NCBI GenBank assembly: GCA_039815185.1
Contig: JBCBZT010000002.1
Span: forward strand, 96,001-160,000
Reading direction: 5' to 3'
Origin: Cyanobacteria bacterium P01_A01_bin.123
GTDB lineage: Bacteria; Cyanobacteriota; Cyanobacteriia; Phormidesmidales; Phormidesmidaceae
Length of the DNA stretch: 64,000 nt
Part shown: in pieces, positions 43,801 to 53,131 of the stretch
Position numbering within the stretch: position 1 is the stretch's first letter
How the letters are laid out: every line of letters starts with the position of its first letter
Position numbers and translations under genes: made by a program
The notes under the pieces: model-generated
Database searches by the model: none
What the model was told of the DNA's origin: nothing
Seen by the model: only the letters and a program-made list of their open reading frames with translations

Positions 43801-44249
43801 TGCAGCAGCTACTCAATCAGCCTGTGCCTAGCCTCCCGGTGGAGACAGCTCCAGAAACCCCCCTTTTAGCCCAACAGTTGCCCCTGAGAATTCTGATTGC
43901 TGAAGACAACTCAATTAATCAAAAAGTAGTGTTGCGACTGATTGAACGTTTAGGCTATCGAGCCGACATCGTCGCCAATGGCTTAGAAGCGCTTGAAGCC
44001 TTGCACCGTCAGCCTTACGATGTGGTGTTGATGGATGTACAAATGCCAGAAATGGATGGTCTGAGCGCCACGCGAAGAATTCGCCAAGTCTTCTCTCCCC
44101 GAGAACAACCCCGCATTATTGCCATGACAGCCAATGCGACCCAGGTCGATCGCCAAGCTTGTCTGACAGCGGGCATGGACGAGTATATGGCTAAACCGGT
44201 TCGCCTCTCGCGCCTGGAACAAGTCTTAAGCGAATGCCATCCTCAATAA
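40803..44249 (+). CDS. Hybrid sensor histidine kinase (CBS-like, four PAS, HisKA, HATPase, degenerate REC, REC)
   Basis: FLATMSHEIRTPMN, NLLSNSVKFT, DTGIG, GGTGLGL, AEDNSINQ...MDVQMPEMDG. Confidence 0.95.
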   Translation: MTHSGSLKSLRLPPLKLVSTASVRQAVKAMHQQKASAVSVMDELGPQATLVGLFHQSGLIELVATQANLDELTLAEVMVPPESGLQTEAQPTAMAVQSQALSQANAQVAAIDPANSLQQVTSQMPGLLEAIADVILVLNSEGRYLSIGPSPEDKLYRPPQELLGQTLEDIFPAPQAAQFLRCIRATLETRSLKRLEYALKIADRTYWFDALFSPISTDAVVCVARDVTPYKHMETRLHLNQERWELISKGTQDGIFDVDLLTGEAFFSKRYKEIFGYADHDLASDHQEWMSRIHPDDLERVMAAYQGYLNRQLPTYAVEYRLRTKQGHYQWVLTRGQALWDEQGNPIRLAGVNSDISDRKQLQADRDRFFTLAADMLGIYDFSGNFKRVNPAFKEILGFSETELLAHPIEHFLHPDDLQLAAEHQRHLWRGDSLPHHENRWRCADGSYKWIAWTLVPFVEERLIYATGRDITQRKQAQADLQNQQAFLTQVVNTIPSSVFVKDAKGQFLLANNAAAELYGTTLDQLVGKSDTDFLGNAGFMQDLLAVNRQVMNSHKAFVDTDQPFWLPNGEKRWFHTTIKPFIQADGKVHGVIGHCIDVSDRKEIEIELQQAKEIAEAANQAKSEFLATMSHEIRTPMNAVVGMTGLLMGTTLTAEQRESVEIIRHSSDNLLLIINDILDLSKIESGKLELEQHPFDLRTCVEESIDLIASEAVRKGLELAYFIDPDLPERFIGDAGRLRQILVNLLSNSVKFTEDGEIEIRVMGMPIAAVPEPQAQLSLESPGQPTTGLAYELTVAVRDTGIGIAPDQIATLFQPFNQIDASITRKYGGTGLGLVISQRLSAMMQGRMWVNSLVDEGSTFYFTTVIYPLEKQPNPSPDELCGKCVLVVGETIGHRQIIQQLESLGLQTVQANTANAALAALPPAPAFPPAIQAVLLDALHPSEFEAGSPLSCLLNRIQQLPLIFLKSTPAVADPQTVASVSHALCLVKPIKQSQLRSVLQQLLNQPVPSLPVETAPETPLLAQQLPLRILIAEDNSINQKVVLRLIERLGYRADIVANGLEALEALHRQPYDVVLMDVQMPEMDGLSATRRIRQVFSPREQPRIIAMTANATQVDRQACLTAGMDEYMAKPVRLSRLEQVLSECHPQ

Positions 44250-44625
44250 CAGGTTTAGAACTCATAAAGCGAACCTTAAGAATGCCTGCTGTTTATGCCT
44301 TATCGATCGAAAATAAAAAGCTCAAGGGCAAACTCATAGGAGTGTAAATTTTTAGAGAAACGGAAGTTCTGTTGGTTTCAGCTTTCTAAGGCTTGAGTTA
44401 GGTTGTGACTTCATGGATAGATATGTCAGCTTCAGCAGAGTCAAAAGAGGTTCCTTTAATGCCACATAAGACGATTCGCTGGTGGGTAATTTCCATACTC
44501 CAGTTGACGCTCCTCTGCATCTCTCCACTGATGCTTGATCTCTTCTCCCGCTTACCTTAGGGGGTCGATCAATCCGATCAGAGATTAACGGTTTCTTGAT
44601 AACGCCCTTCAAAAAGGTCAAAAGC

Positions 44626-47166
44626 TCAATTCATTGTGGTACCTCCCATTAGCTTCCGATAGCGGCGCTTGAGTTCCGCTTTAAGCAGCGGCCAACGCTC
44701 AATCGTTTCATCCTCTGCGATCGCACCCTCTGCCGCTTCTCTGGCTAATTCCAACACCGCTTGGTCTTCCACCAAACTCGCCAAAGCAAAATCCGGTAGT
44801 CCAGACTGACGCGTCCCCAACACTTGTCCTGGCCCGCGAAATCGCATATCCATTTCTGAGATAAAGAAGCCGTCTTGAGACTGCTCCAACACTTTTAACC
44901 GTTGCAGCGCAGGGTCGCTGCGGCTACTGCTCATCAGTAGGCAATAGGAATGATCAGCCCCTCGCCCCACGCGACCCCGCAGTTGGTGCAGCTGCGATAG
45001 CCCAAACCGCTCAGCGTGCTCAATCATCATGACGGAGGCGTTGGGCACGTCAACCCCAACCTCAACCACCGTGGTTGAGACTAGAATTTGCGTCTCTTGG
45101 TCGCGGAATTGACTAATGGCTGCGTCTTTATCAGCGGACGTCATCCGACCGTGCAACAGCCCCACCTTAAATTCGGGAAATACACTTTCTTGCAGGTGGC
45201 CATGTTCTTCAATCGCTGATTTCAGATCGAGCTGTTCCGATTCTTCTACTAGAGGCAAGACAATGTAGGTTTGCCGACCCTGAGCAATTTCTCGTCGAAT
45301 CAAATCATAGGCATGGGCGCGCTCGCGCCCGCTCAATAATGTCGTTTGAATCGGTTTACGTCCAGGAGGCAGCTCATCGATTTGGCTGACATCTAAATCC
45401 CCGTGTAACGTCAGTGCTAGGGTGCGAGGGATAGGCGTGGCCGTTAGCGTCAGTAAATGAGGATTGTCGCCCTTGCGCTGAAGTCGGGCCCGCTGCTGCA
45501 CCCCAAAGCGATGTTGTTCATCAATGGCGACCAGCCCTAACTTGTGGAACTGTACCGGATCTTCAATTAAGGCATGGGTACCCACCAGTAGCGGTAACTC
45601 CCCAGTCGCCAATTGAGACAAAAGCTCACGTCGCTTAGCTGTGCGGGTTGACCCGGTCAATAATTCAACAGGTAGATGCAGCAGATTAAACCAACTCACC
45701 AACTTGCGGTAATGCTGTTCTGCCAAGACTTCAGTCGGGGCCATCAGCGCCCCCTGATACCCAGCCTGAATGGCGGCTAAAATTGCCACCACCGCCACCA
45801 CCGTTTTCCCAGACCCCACGTCTCCTTGAACTAGGCGATTCATAGGGGTGTTTTTTTGCAAATCCTGCAAAATATCTTCAACGACGCGCTGCTGAGCACC
45901 AGTCAGTTCAAAGGGCAGTACCCGATAAAACTGATCGATTAATTCTCCCTGAGACTCCAATATGATCTCGGTGCGGTCTTGCTGCTGTTGTTTTCGCCGT
46001 TGCAGTAGCCCTAGTTGGAGGTAAAAGAATTCATCAAATACCAGGCGACGGCGGGCGTGAGACAGCGCTTCACTGTCGGGGGGAAAGTGGATATGGGCGA
46101 TCGCGACGGGCAACTTAATCAAGGTATACCGATCGCGAATGTCGGCAGGTAAGGGATCGCGCAGTTTTACCGCCGCAGGCAGAGCTTCAACAACCGCCCG
46201 CCGCACCACATCCGCGCTGACACCCTCGGTAAGGGGATAAATCGGCACCACCCGCCCGACTTTGAGCGAATCAATTTCACTGTGGGGGCTGGAGATCAGC
46301 TCAATTTGGGGATCATCCAAAGACAGGCCATATTTGGTTTGTTTTACCAGTCCAGAGGCAGCTACCGTTGCCCCTGAAGGATACAGCCGCTTTTGCCGTT
46401 CTTGCCAGCCGCGATTGCGCCAGCGGGTGCCGGCAAAAAAACGGCTGAGTTTGAGTTGGCCGCTACTATCTCGAATCTGCAGCTCGAAAATCGTTAGTTT
46501 GGGGTTGCGGGGGCTGCTAAAGCAATTTGCCCGTTTCACCGTGCCCAAAATGGTGACGGTTTCCCCAGCCTCTAAATCCCGAATTTTGACCTGGCGGGCA
46601 TAGTCTAAATAGTCGCGAGGATAGTAGTAGAGCACATCTTCGGCGGTCAATAGCCCCAACTTCGCTAACCGCTCACTGTTTTTTGGACCGACGCCCTTGA
46701 GGAACGTGACGGCCTGATCCAAATCGGGCATCCGTTGTCCAGATGTTTTTGCGATCGCGTCAATGGCCTTGACTGGGGGCCGCCGATTGTAGCTATATGG
46801 GCCGGATTGCACAGTCTCATTGGAGGTTGTTGAGGGCTGGGTAAAGTCAAGTTCTCCCTGGGGGTTCTCAGCCTTTTCTATGGCGAGGCGGGTTTGATAC
46901 AAACAACGGCGGGTATCGGCCACCAAGTGCTGTCGCTGGGCAAAGGAGAGGGTGCTATAGCTACCAAACTGATTGGCCAATGTGTGCCATTTGTCTTGCT
47001 CTGACGTTGACAGGTTAACTGGGGGTTGCCCTAGGCGATCGCGCAAAAATTCGCTAAAGCGCTGGTAATGACCCACCAAATCATTAAAGCCCCGGTCTGC
47101 CTCAACCCGCAGCGCTTTTTGCAACCGTTCCCAGTCATGAAAATCCTGATTTGGTGCACTAGTCAT
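44626..47166 (-). CDS. recG: ATP-dependent DNA helicase RecG
   Basis: QGDVGSGKT, APTEVLAEQH, DEQHRFGV, TATPIPRT, QLHQLRGRVGRG. Confidence 0.98.
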   Translation of the reverse strand: MTSAPNQDFHDWERLQKALRVEADRGFNDLVGHYQRFSEFLRDRLGQPPVNLSTSEQDKWHTLANQFGSYSTLSFAQRQHLVADTRRCLYQTRLAIEKAENPQGELDFTQPSTTSNETVQSGPYSYNRRPPVKAIDAIAKTSGQRMPDLDQAVTFLKGVGPKNSERLAKLGLLTAEDVLYYYPRDYLDYARQVKIRDLEAGETVTILGTVKRANCFSSPRNPKLTIFELQIRDSSGQLKLSRFFAGTRWRNRGWQERQKRLYPSGATVAASGLVKQTKYGLSLDDPQIELISSPHSEIDSLKVGRVVPIYPLTEGVSADVVRRAVVEALPAAVKLRDPLPADIRDRYTLIKLPVAIAHIHFPPDSEALSHARRRLVFDEFFYLQLGLLQRRKQQQQDRTEIILESQGELIDQFYRVLPFELTGAQQRVVEDILQDLQKNTPMNRLVQGDVGSGKTVVAVVAILAAIQAGYQGALMAPTEVLAEQHYRKLVSWFNLLHLPVELLTGSTRTAKRRELLSQLATGELPLLVGTHALIEDPVQFHKLGLVAIDEQHRFGVQQRARLQRKGDNPHLLTLTATPIPRTLALTLHGDLDVSQIDELPPGRKPIQTTLLSGRERAHAYDLIRREIAQGRQTYIVLPLVEESEQLDLKSAIEEHGHLQESVFPEFKVGLLHGRMTSADKDAAISQFRDQETQILVSTTVVEVGVDVPNASVMMIEHAERFGLSQLHQLRGRVGRGADHSYCLLMSSSRSDPALQRLKVLEQSQDGFFISEMDMRFRGPGQVLGTRQSGLPDFALASLVEDQAVLELAREAAEGAIAEDETIERWPLLKAELKRRYRKLMGGTTMN

Positions 47167-47228
47167 CGTCCATCTGAGCGGCGGAAACGTAATTGAGTCT
47201 AATTCCTCTGACCTGTAACTAACTGATA

Positions 47229-48551
47229 TTAGTCTTCATACCAGCTGGAACGCCAGGCGGTTTCTGCCTCTGCGATCGCCCGGTCGCGCTGTTTCTTTTG
47301 ATATTGCTGACCGAGTCGCTTCAATCGCCCCAGCTGTTCACGAATTTTAGTCCGCCACAGCGAGACTTTCGTATCCACAAACTCAATTTCGCTCAAGCGG
47401 AGGTTTAATGCGACTAAATGGGTCATCGAAGCCGGATCAGGCATGTCATCTTCGCGGGTAACCCCATTTTTACCGCCGATGTCGTCACCGTCTATTTCGT
47501 CGTCACCGCCGATATCGTCACCGTCTATCTCATCATCGTCATCCTCGCTGGGCATTTCAACAAAGACATTGAGCAGATTAGGCGTTTGAGGTGGGCTGTC
47601 ATTAGCCGCTTCGGCTTCTGCCGCTGCGGCCAGCAGCGGTTCGGGCAAATCGGGTAAAATCTCAGCCCGCTTGAGCATTTGGTTCGCTTCTTGGGACAGG
47701 GCTCGTATCCGGCCACGCAACTGATGCTCTAAGCGCATTTGTTGCTGGGCGAGTACCATCGGCGATCGCGGCCCAGTTTGCTCCGAGAGATTTGATTCAG
47801 CCTCCGCTGTCGCCTGTTCTGTGGGAACCATCCGCTGCATGAACTCAGCAATTTCCTGAGCGCTTTCTAGGGTTTCAGGGTCTGCGTTTTGAGGGTTGGA
47901 ATTTTGAGTGTCGAGCTCATCTGTGCTCGGCTCTCCATCGCTTAAATTATCGCTATCATCGTCCCCACTGACAGGGATTAAGGGAAGCTCCAGCATGTCC
48001 GACTCTGCTTTATCGTCTGCAGCCGAACGTTCAGGCGGACTAGAGCGCTCCTGGGGTGGTAGGTCTGACTCTATATCGGTCTCGGCAATGGCAGTATCGT
48101 CACTTGCTAAGGCTTGATCTGAGTCTGACTCTAGCGTTTGGAATGGTTCCGATTCACGCTCTTCTATGCGTGCTTTCACGGCGGCGGCAAGTTCTGCAAT
48201 TAAGCGCGGCGTCAATTCACCAGCGGTAATTAACTGACCTTGAGCACTCAAAATAGGCGGACTTTCACGCAAGCACTTTAACTGCTTTTGCAAGTCGTCC
48301 TGCGCTTGCTTACCCAACTTTCGCAAGGTTTGCTGGAGTTTCTGACGACGGCTAAACGAGAGGGCTAAAAATCGATCGGGATAGGCTTGCGTACACAAGT
48401 GATAACTTGCCATAATCAATTGCTGCTGCACAGATCGCCCCAGGGCTTCTAGGTATTGGCCATAGAGTTTTTCGAGATCTTCAGCTAATTGCGCTGTTGC
48501 CCCTTCTAAGGCAGCGATTTCCCGTTCAATTTGTCCGAGCACACCAGCCAT
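47229..48551 (-). CDS. Hypothetical coiled-coil protein with acidic insertions
   Basis: 440-aa ORF; helical ends (YHLCTQAYP; LRLSEIEF...AEAETAWRSSW). Confidence 0.8.
   Translation of the reverse strand: MAGVLGQIEREIAALEGATAQLAEDLEKLYGQYLEALGRSVQQQLIMASYHLCTQAYPDRFLALSFSRRQKLQQTLRKLGKQAQDDLQKQLKCLRESPPILSAQGQLITAGELTPRLIAELAAAVKARIEERESEPFQTLESDSDQALASDDTAIAETDIESDLPPQERSSPPERSAADDKAESDMLELPLIPVSGDDDSDNLSDGEPSTDELDTQNSNPQNADPETLESAQEIAEFMQRMVPTEQATAEAESNLSEQTGPRSPMVLAQQQMRLEHQLRGRIRALSQEANQMLKRAEILPDLPEPLLAAAAEAEAANDSPPQTPNLLNVFVEMPSEDDDDEIDGDDIGGDDEIDGDDIGGKNGVTREDDMPDPASMTHLVALNLRLSEIEFVDTKVSLWRTKIREQLGRLKRLGQQYQKKQRDRAIAEAETAWRSSWYED
47472..47537 (-). repeat. 33-bp tandem duplication encoding DDEIDGDDIGG twice
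   Basis: ACCGCCGAT at 47472 and 47505. Confidence 0.85.
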
Positions 48552-48657
48552 AGCATCTTAATCAATCACGTTATCGAAACCTGTGGCCCTTTTCGAACAG
48601 CCGTCTCCCAGTCCAGCGCTGCCGCATCTAAATTAGCAGTATCCACTGGGCTTGGGT

Positions 48658-48693
48658 AAAAAAAAAGCAGGTAACCCTCCCAGGTTAACCTGC
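48658..48693 (-). terminator. Intrinsic terminator after hpsJ
   Basis: GCAGGTTAACC-TGGGAG-GGTTACCTGC hairpin followed by T9 on the minus strand. Confidence 0.75.
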
Positions 48694-48743
48694 TCTGCCA
48701 CCCGTGGCATTGATTGCCAGGGTGTCAATTTAACCCTTGAGCA

Positions 48744-49508
48744 TCACCCTGCAAACAAGAGCCGACGCAGCCCTGTCCAGCCGATAACAATGTAACCAAG
48801 GGCCAACAGTGCGCTGCTGATTGCCACGCGAATTCCTGACTTCAAGGCTTCTTGCCTAATTTGCTGTTCGGCTTCTTCGCGGCGACTACCGATTTGGGTT
48901 TGAGCTTGCTGTCTAGCTTGGCCCAACTGATCTTCTAGGAATTGATCGAGGGCGGCGGGGTCGTCTTGAAACTGCTCCAAGACGCCCAACTGTTCTGGCG
49001 CAATTTGACCGCTCTGGATAGCTTGCTGGAGTTGATCCTCATTTTGCAGCAAGGCGCCCAGTTGGTCGCGCTGTTGAGAAAAGCGCTCCTCAAGCTGCGT
49101 GGATGCTTCGTCAGCCTGGGTATCGATTTGGCCAATAGCTTGCTGGCTGGTAATCCGCACATTGTTGGGATGCAACACCGTTAACGTCAAAAACATCAAC
49201 CCCAACAAACTGGCTAATACACAAGCCCAGAAGCGTGAATCTATGAACAAGCTCCGTGATCTAGAGCCCAATCCTAGGTTGCTTTCAATCCAACCGCCAG
49301 CAAACAACAGGGCAATGCCCACTAAAGGCACAATACCCCGATCGACCAGTTGGGTCGTGGTTGCTAACTGCCACTGAGTATTGAGGAATTGAGGTGGAAA
49401 AAGCAAAACCAAATAGTCAATGATCGAGGCCAAGATGGTAATCTTCCCAACCAGCTTGAGGGAAATTACGGCCAAGGGAGAAACAGCAGGAGGATTTGCA
49501 GAGCTCAT
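48744..49508 (-). CDS. hpsJ: HpsJ family membrane protein
   Basis: WQL...QLVDRGIVPLVGIALL, LGLMFL, coiled-coil loop, IGWTGL. Confidence 0.75.
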   Translation of the reverse strand: MSSANPPAVSPLAVISLKLVGKITILASIIDYLVLLFPPQFLNTQWQLATTTQLVDRGIVPLVGIALLFAGGWIESNLGLGSRSRSLFIDSRFWACVLASLLGLMFLTLTVLHPNNVRITSQQAIGQIDTQADEASTQLEERFSQQRDQLGALLQNEDQLQQAIQSGQIAPEQLGVLEQFQDDPAALDQFLEDQLGQARQQAQTQIGSRREEAEQQIRQEALKSGIRVAISSALLALGYIVIGWTGLRRLLFAG

Positions 49509-49770
49509 AGATTCAGCGAAGGACTACAGTTAATCATTTTGCCCCTATGTCTGTGAAAATCCTCACATTTTCCAAAAGAATCTGTGACATGAGACGATTG
49601 ACCAATCCGTAAAGTCTATTAAAAAGTCCTGGGCGTTGCTTAGATATGCGCTACGCTCCACCCATATATAGGCTTTAGCCAAGTCCAGACTTGGAGTTGT
49701 TTCTGTGGGGAAACTCCAGACCCGAGCTGGACTGGGTTGAAAGAATCGATTGCGTTTCTGAGCGATACTG

Positions 49771-50514
49771 ATGCAGCGAACTATTGAAGTTTTAGCGGAT
49801 AAAGCAGCCCTGGTTGAGCGGGGACTTGCCGTGGTAGTCGAAAAAATCGAACAGGCGATCGCCCAAAGGGGCCGTTGTACTCTGGTTTTGGCAGGTGGGA
49901 GTACCCCTAAGCCTCTATATGAAGCACTGGCCCAGCAGGATCTACCCTGGGATAAGTTATTCATTTTTTGGGGAGACGAGCGCTATGTGCCAGTGGATCA
50001 TCCCGATAGCAATGCCGGAATGGCCAAAGCAGCTTGGCTTGATCGAGTTCCGATCCCCCCGGAGCAAATCTTCCCAATGCTGACTAACGTTGCTGACCCA
50101 GCGATCGCTGCCCAACAATACGAAGCAACCCTGACCCAGTGTTTTGCAACTTCTGAGGGGGCATGGCCGCGATTTGATGTCATTCTCTTAGGCATTGGGG
50201 ACGATGCCCATACGGCTTCTTTATTTCCGGGGACAGCGGCATTAACGGTTAGCGATCGCCAGGTGACCGTTGGCGATAAAGCAGGACAGCCCCGGATTAC
50301 ATTGACAGCCCCTCTGATTAATCAAGCCCGCGCGGTTGTTTTTCTGGTAGCTGGGGCAAATAAGCAGACGGCGCTGGCTCATATTTTTGCCGATCATGAC
50401 GATAACCAGCGCTACCCTGCTCGGTTGATTCGTCCTGATGATGGCGAATTATGGTGGCTATTAGATCAGGAAGCTGGCAGCGGTATGGCGGCATCAACCC
50501 TATCGGATAATTAA
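49771..50514 (+). CDS. pgl: 6-phosphogluconolactonase
   Basis: LAGGSTP, FWGDERYV, LLGIGDDAHTASLFP, RITLT. Confidence 0.96.
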   Translation: MQRTIEVLADKAALVERGLAVVVEKIEQAIAQRGRCTLVLAGGSTPKPLYEALAQQDLPWDKLFIFWGDERYVPVDHPDSNAGMAKAAWLDRVPIPPEQIFPMLTNVADPAIAAQQYEATLTQCFATSEGAWPRFDVILLGIGDDAHTASLFPGTAALTVSDRQVTVGDKAGQPRITLTAPLINQARAVVFLVAGANKQTALAHIFADHDDNQRYPARLIRPDDGELWWLLDQEAGSGMAASTLSDN

Positions 50515-50678
50515 GGCCACTTAATTAAAGCCGCATTAAAGCCGCTTAACCAAGGCCGGTTCACTAAAACTGGCCCAGACTTTTGGATCTTGGGGATTCT
50601 GCGTATTAAAATCTCCAATAAAGAATAGTTGTAAAAAATAAACGTTGCCTTGATACAGTCAAACCCGCACTCTTCTAT

Positions 50679-50720
50679 GATGTTTGGAGTCTAGAGAAGG
50701 ATGTTTGGAGTCTAGAGAAG
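50679..50720 (+). repeat. Perfect 21-bp tandem duplication immediately upstream of the FHA gene start
   Basis: GATGTTTGGAGTCTAGAGAAG at 50679-50699 and 50700-50720. Confidence 0.95.
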
Positions 50721-50725
50721 CACCC

Positions 50726-51580
50726 ATGATTGTCTGCCCTAATTGCAGCCACCAAAACCCAGATGGCGCAGCCCAATGCGAAGCTTGTTACACGCCACTG
50801 CCTACCATGGCAAGCTGTCCTAGCTGTGGCGCTTCGGTGCAGTCAGATGCGAGCTTTTGTGGTCAGTGTGGGTTTGACTTAAGGGCGGTGTCTCCAACCC
50901 CAACCCCTTCAACACCGCCATTATCTGAAGCCTCTTCAGAGACGGCTAAGACTGCGCCTGCCGGGACAGGGATGGCGGCATCTGCAGCTGAAACACCTGA
51001 ATTAGAGATTCCTGAATTATTCCCACCAGAGCCACTAGTACCTCCTGATCCCATTGAACTGAGCGTTTCTTCCCCACCCTCCGTTGAGGCAGACCCCGAA
51101 TCTGCAGCCGAATCTGAGGCAGATCTAGCTGAAGCGATCGCCCCCCCGGTAAATGTGCCGCCGCCCTCACCGGCTGCTGCAATACCCCCTCCTCCAGCAG
51201 CAGCAACGCCTATCGTGCCGCCAGCAGTGCCGGATAGTGCCACTCAAATCCAGGTGAATTCGGCAAAACTGTTCCACATCCAAACCAATACCACTATCGA
51301 ATTGCCCTCGGATCTGCCTATAATTCACATTGGGAAGCCCAATGATCGCATTCCCCCTGTGGTTGATGTATCAGGGTTTCCAGATTCTGAAATTGTCTCG
51401 CGTATTCATGCTGGCATTAGGGTTGAGGGGGACGTCTACTATATTGAGGATGTGGGTAGCTCCAATGGCACTTACATCAACAATATGCCGTTATCCTTTG
51501 GAAATCGTCATCGTTTAAGACCCGGCGATCGCATTGCACTGGGCAAAGGAGATAAAGTTAGCTTTCTGTTTCAAACTTGA
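50726..51580 (+). CDS. Double zinc ribbon, Pro-rich linker, FHA domain protein (FraH-like)
   Basis: Four CxxC pairs; FHA motifs IGK, VSRIHA, DVGSSNGT. Confidence 0.88.
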   Translation: MIVCPNCSHQNPDGAAQCEACYTPLPTMASCPSCGASVQSDASFCGQCGFDLRAVSPTPTPSTPPLSEASSETAKTAPAGTGMAASAAETPELEIPELFPPEPLVPPDPIELSVSSPPSVEADPESAAESEADLAEAIAPPVNVPPPSPAAAIPPPPAAATPIVPPAVPDSATQIQVNSAKLFHIQTNTTIELPSDLPIIHIGKPNDRIPPVVDVSGFPDSEIVSRIHAGIRVEGDVYYIEDVGSSNGTYINNMPLSFGNRHRLRPGDRIALGKGDKVSFLFQT

Positions 51581-51771
51581 TATGCCGTATGATGCGATTC
51601 GCGAGTTGAACCACATCCAATTGAGGAATTTCAGTAGAGGCGTAGAGTCCTGCGTTTTTACTGAAAAAACTATGAATCTGGATGTAGCCAAGGTTTAAAT
51701 GATCTGCAAATAGGTACTTCGGCAATATTTTGAGTTAACTTTGTACTCTAGCTGATGCGCTAAATTCTTCT

Positions 51772-52281
51772 TTGAGTAATGTGATCACGCTTTCTCTGCT
51801 ACATCCTCTGAATAAGACACCCCTTCAACATTGGACTTTTGAAAAGGAGTCAACCATTTGCATTGGCCGCTCAACTGATAATGATGTGATTCTCTACAGC
51901 GCAGTGGTATCGCGACATCATGTTGAATTACGTCCAACAGAGCGGGGATGGGATGTGGTTAGTATCGGCACCAACGGTACTTATCTGGAGGGTAAACGAA
52001 TTACCCAAGTCCCTGCTGAGGACGGCATTGTCATTCGGTTAGCCCGCTCTGGCCCGAATATCCAGATTCGATTGGGCGCTGAAGGACGAGAAGCCGTTAA
52101 GGCTGCGATTGCAAATAAACAAAGCTGGTCGTCAACCTCCCCATCGCCATTAGCAAAACCAGAGGCGGGCACTGACTCAGGGGAGCTGTTAGTTGATAAA
52201 ATGCCCCTGCAACCTACCACCAATCATCCGGTGATGGATGGCCATCTAACCTTACCGAGCGACGCTTATGTTGATTCATGA
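51772..52281 (+). CDS. FHA domain protein
   Basis: IGRSTDND, VSRHH, GTNGT; TTG start. Confidence 0.88.
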   Translation: MSNVITLSLLHPLNKTPLQHWTFEKESTICIGRSTDNDVILYSAVVSRHHVELRPTERGWDVVSIGTNGTYLEGKRITQVPAEDGIVIRLARSGPNIQIRLGAEGREAVKAAIANKQSWSSTSPSPLAKPEAGTDSGELLVDKMPLQPTTNHPVMDGHLTLPSDAYVDS

Positions 52282-52317
52282 TGTCGAGTAAGTAATGCAG
52301 TCGCTGTTGATGGCGCT

Positions 52318-52992
52318 ATGGCTAGAGGAGATCAAATTTATGTCATGCGTCAACTGATAGGGTTGCCGGGCGCTTATGAGCATCATGGGATTGATTGTGG
52401 CGACGGTAGCGTTATTCACTATCGCAAGGTGGGGGAAGCAGAAATTTCGCGGACTTCCAGAGCTGCCTTTGCCCAAGGGCAAGGGATTCATAAACAGTTC
52501 CAACCCCTGTCGTTGATTACTAATGACGTGATTGCACGCGCTGAAAGCCGGTTGGGCGAACGTCAATACGATCTATTTGTGAATAACTGTGAGCACTTTG
52601 CCACTTGGTGCAAAATCGGCCGTAGCGAGTGTGAGCAACTGGCAACCTTCGGCCTCCGCCGAGAGTGGCTAAAACGTCCAGAAATGCAGTCACTGATTGA
52701 ACAAACAGCCCGCGATCGCTCCCCAGAACAAGCGATCGCCCTCTTTCAGAAAGCAAACGGCGATATTGCCATTGCTCGACGCAGTGTTCAAAGTCAATAT
52801 CAACGGGCCCAGCAAGACCAAGAGACATGGCATCGAGTTGCTCAAAAGGCGCTCGCAAAAGACCGAGAGGATTTAGCCCGTGCCGCCCTCCATCGCAAGG
52901 TTGAGGCCAAGAAAAAAGCCAGCCAGCTTCAGACTCATTTAGACCAGCTGATTGAAATGCAGTTTGCATTGCAGCAGGCACGTGGGGTTTAG
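52318..52992 (+). CDS. LRAT/permuted NlpC-P60 protein with PspA/IM30-like C-terminal coiled coil
   Basis: YEHHGID...VIHY and YDLFVNNCEHFATWC; WHRVAQKALAKDREDLARAALHRK. Confidence 0.85.
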   Translation: MARGDQIYVMRQLIGLPGAYEHHGIDCGDGSVIHYRKVGEAEISRTSRAAFAQGQGIHKQFQPLSLITNDVIARAESRLGERQYDLFVNNCEHFATWCKIGRSECEQLATFGLRREWLKRPEMQSLIEQTARDRSPEQAIALFQKANGDIAIARRSVQSQYQRAQQDQETWHRVAQKALAKDREDLARAALHRKVEAKKKASQLQTHLDQLIEMQFALQQARGV

Positions 52993-53131
52993 GGAGGGAG
53001 GACAGTCGGTAGAATTAGGGAAGATTATCTGGGGAGAGAATTTGAACGCGGTGGACAAGACGGCCTGTCAAGTTGCCGAGGAAGCTATTCCCACTTACAT
53101 TACGGCGCTAGAAACGCTGCGTTAACTCACT

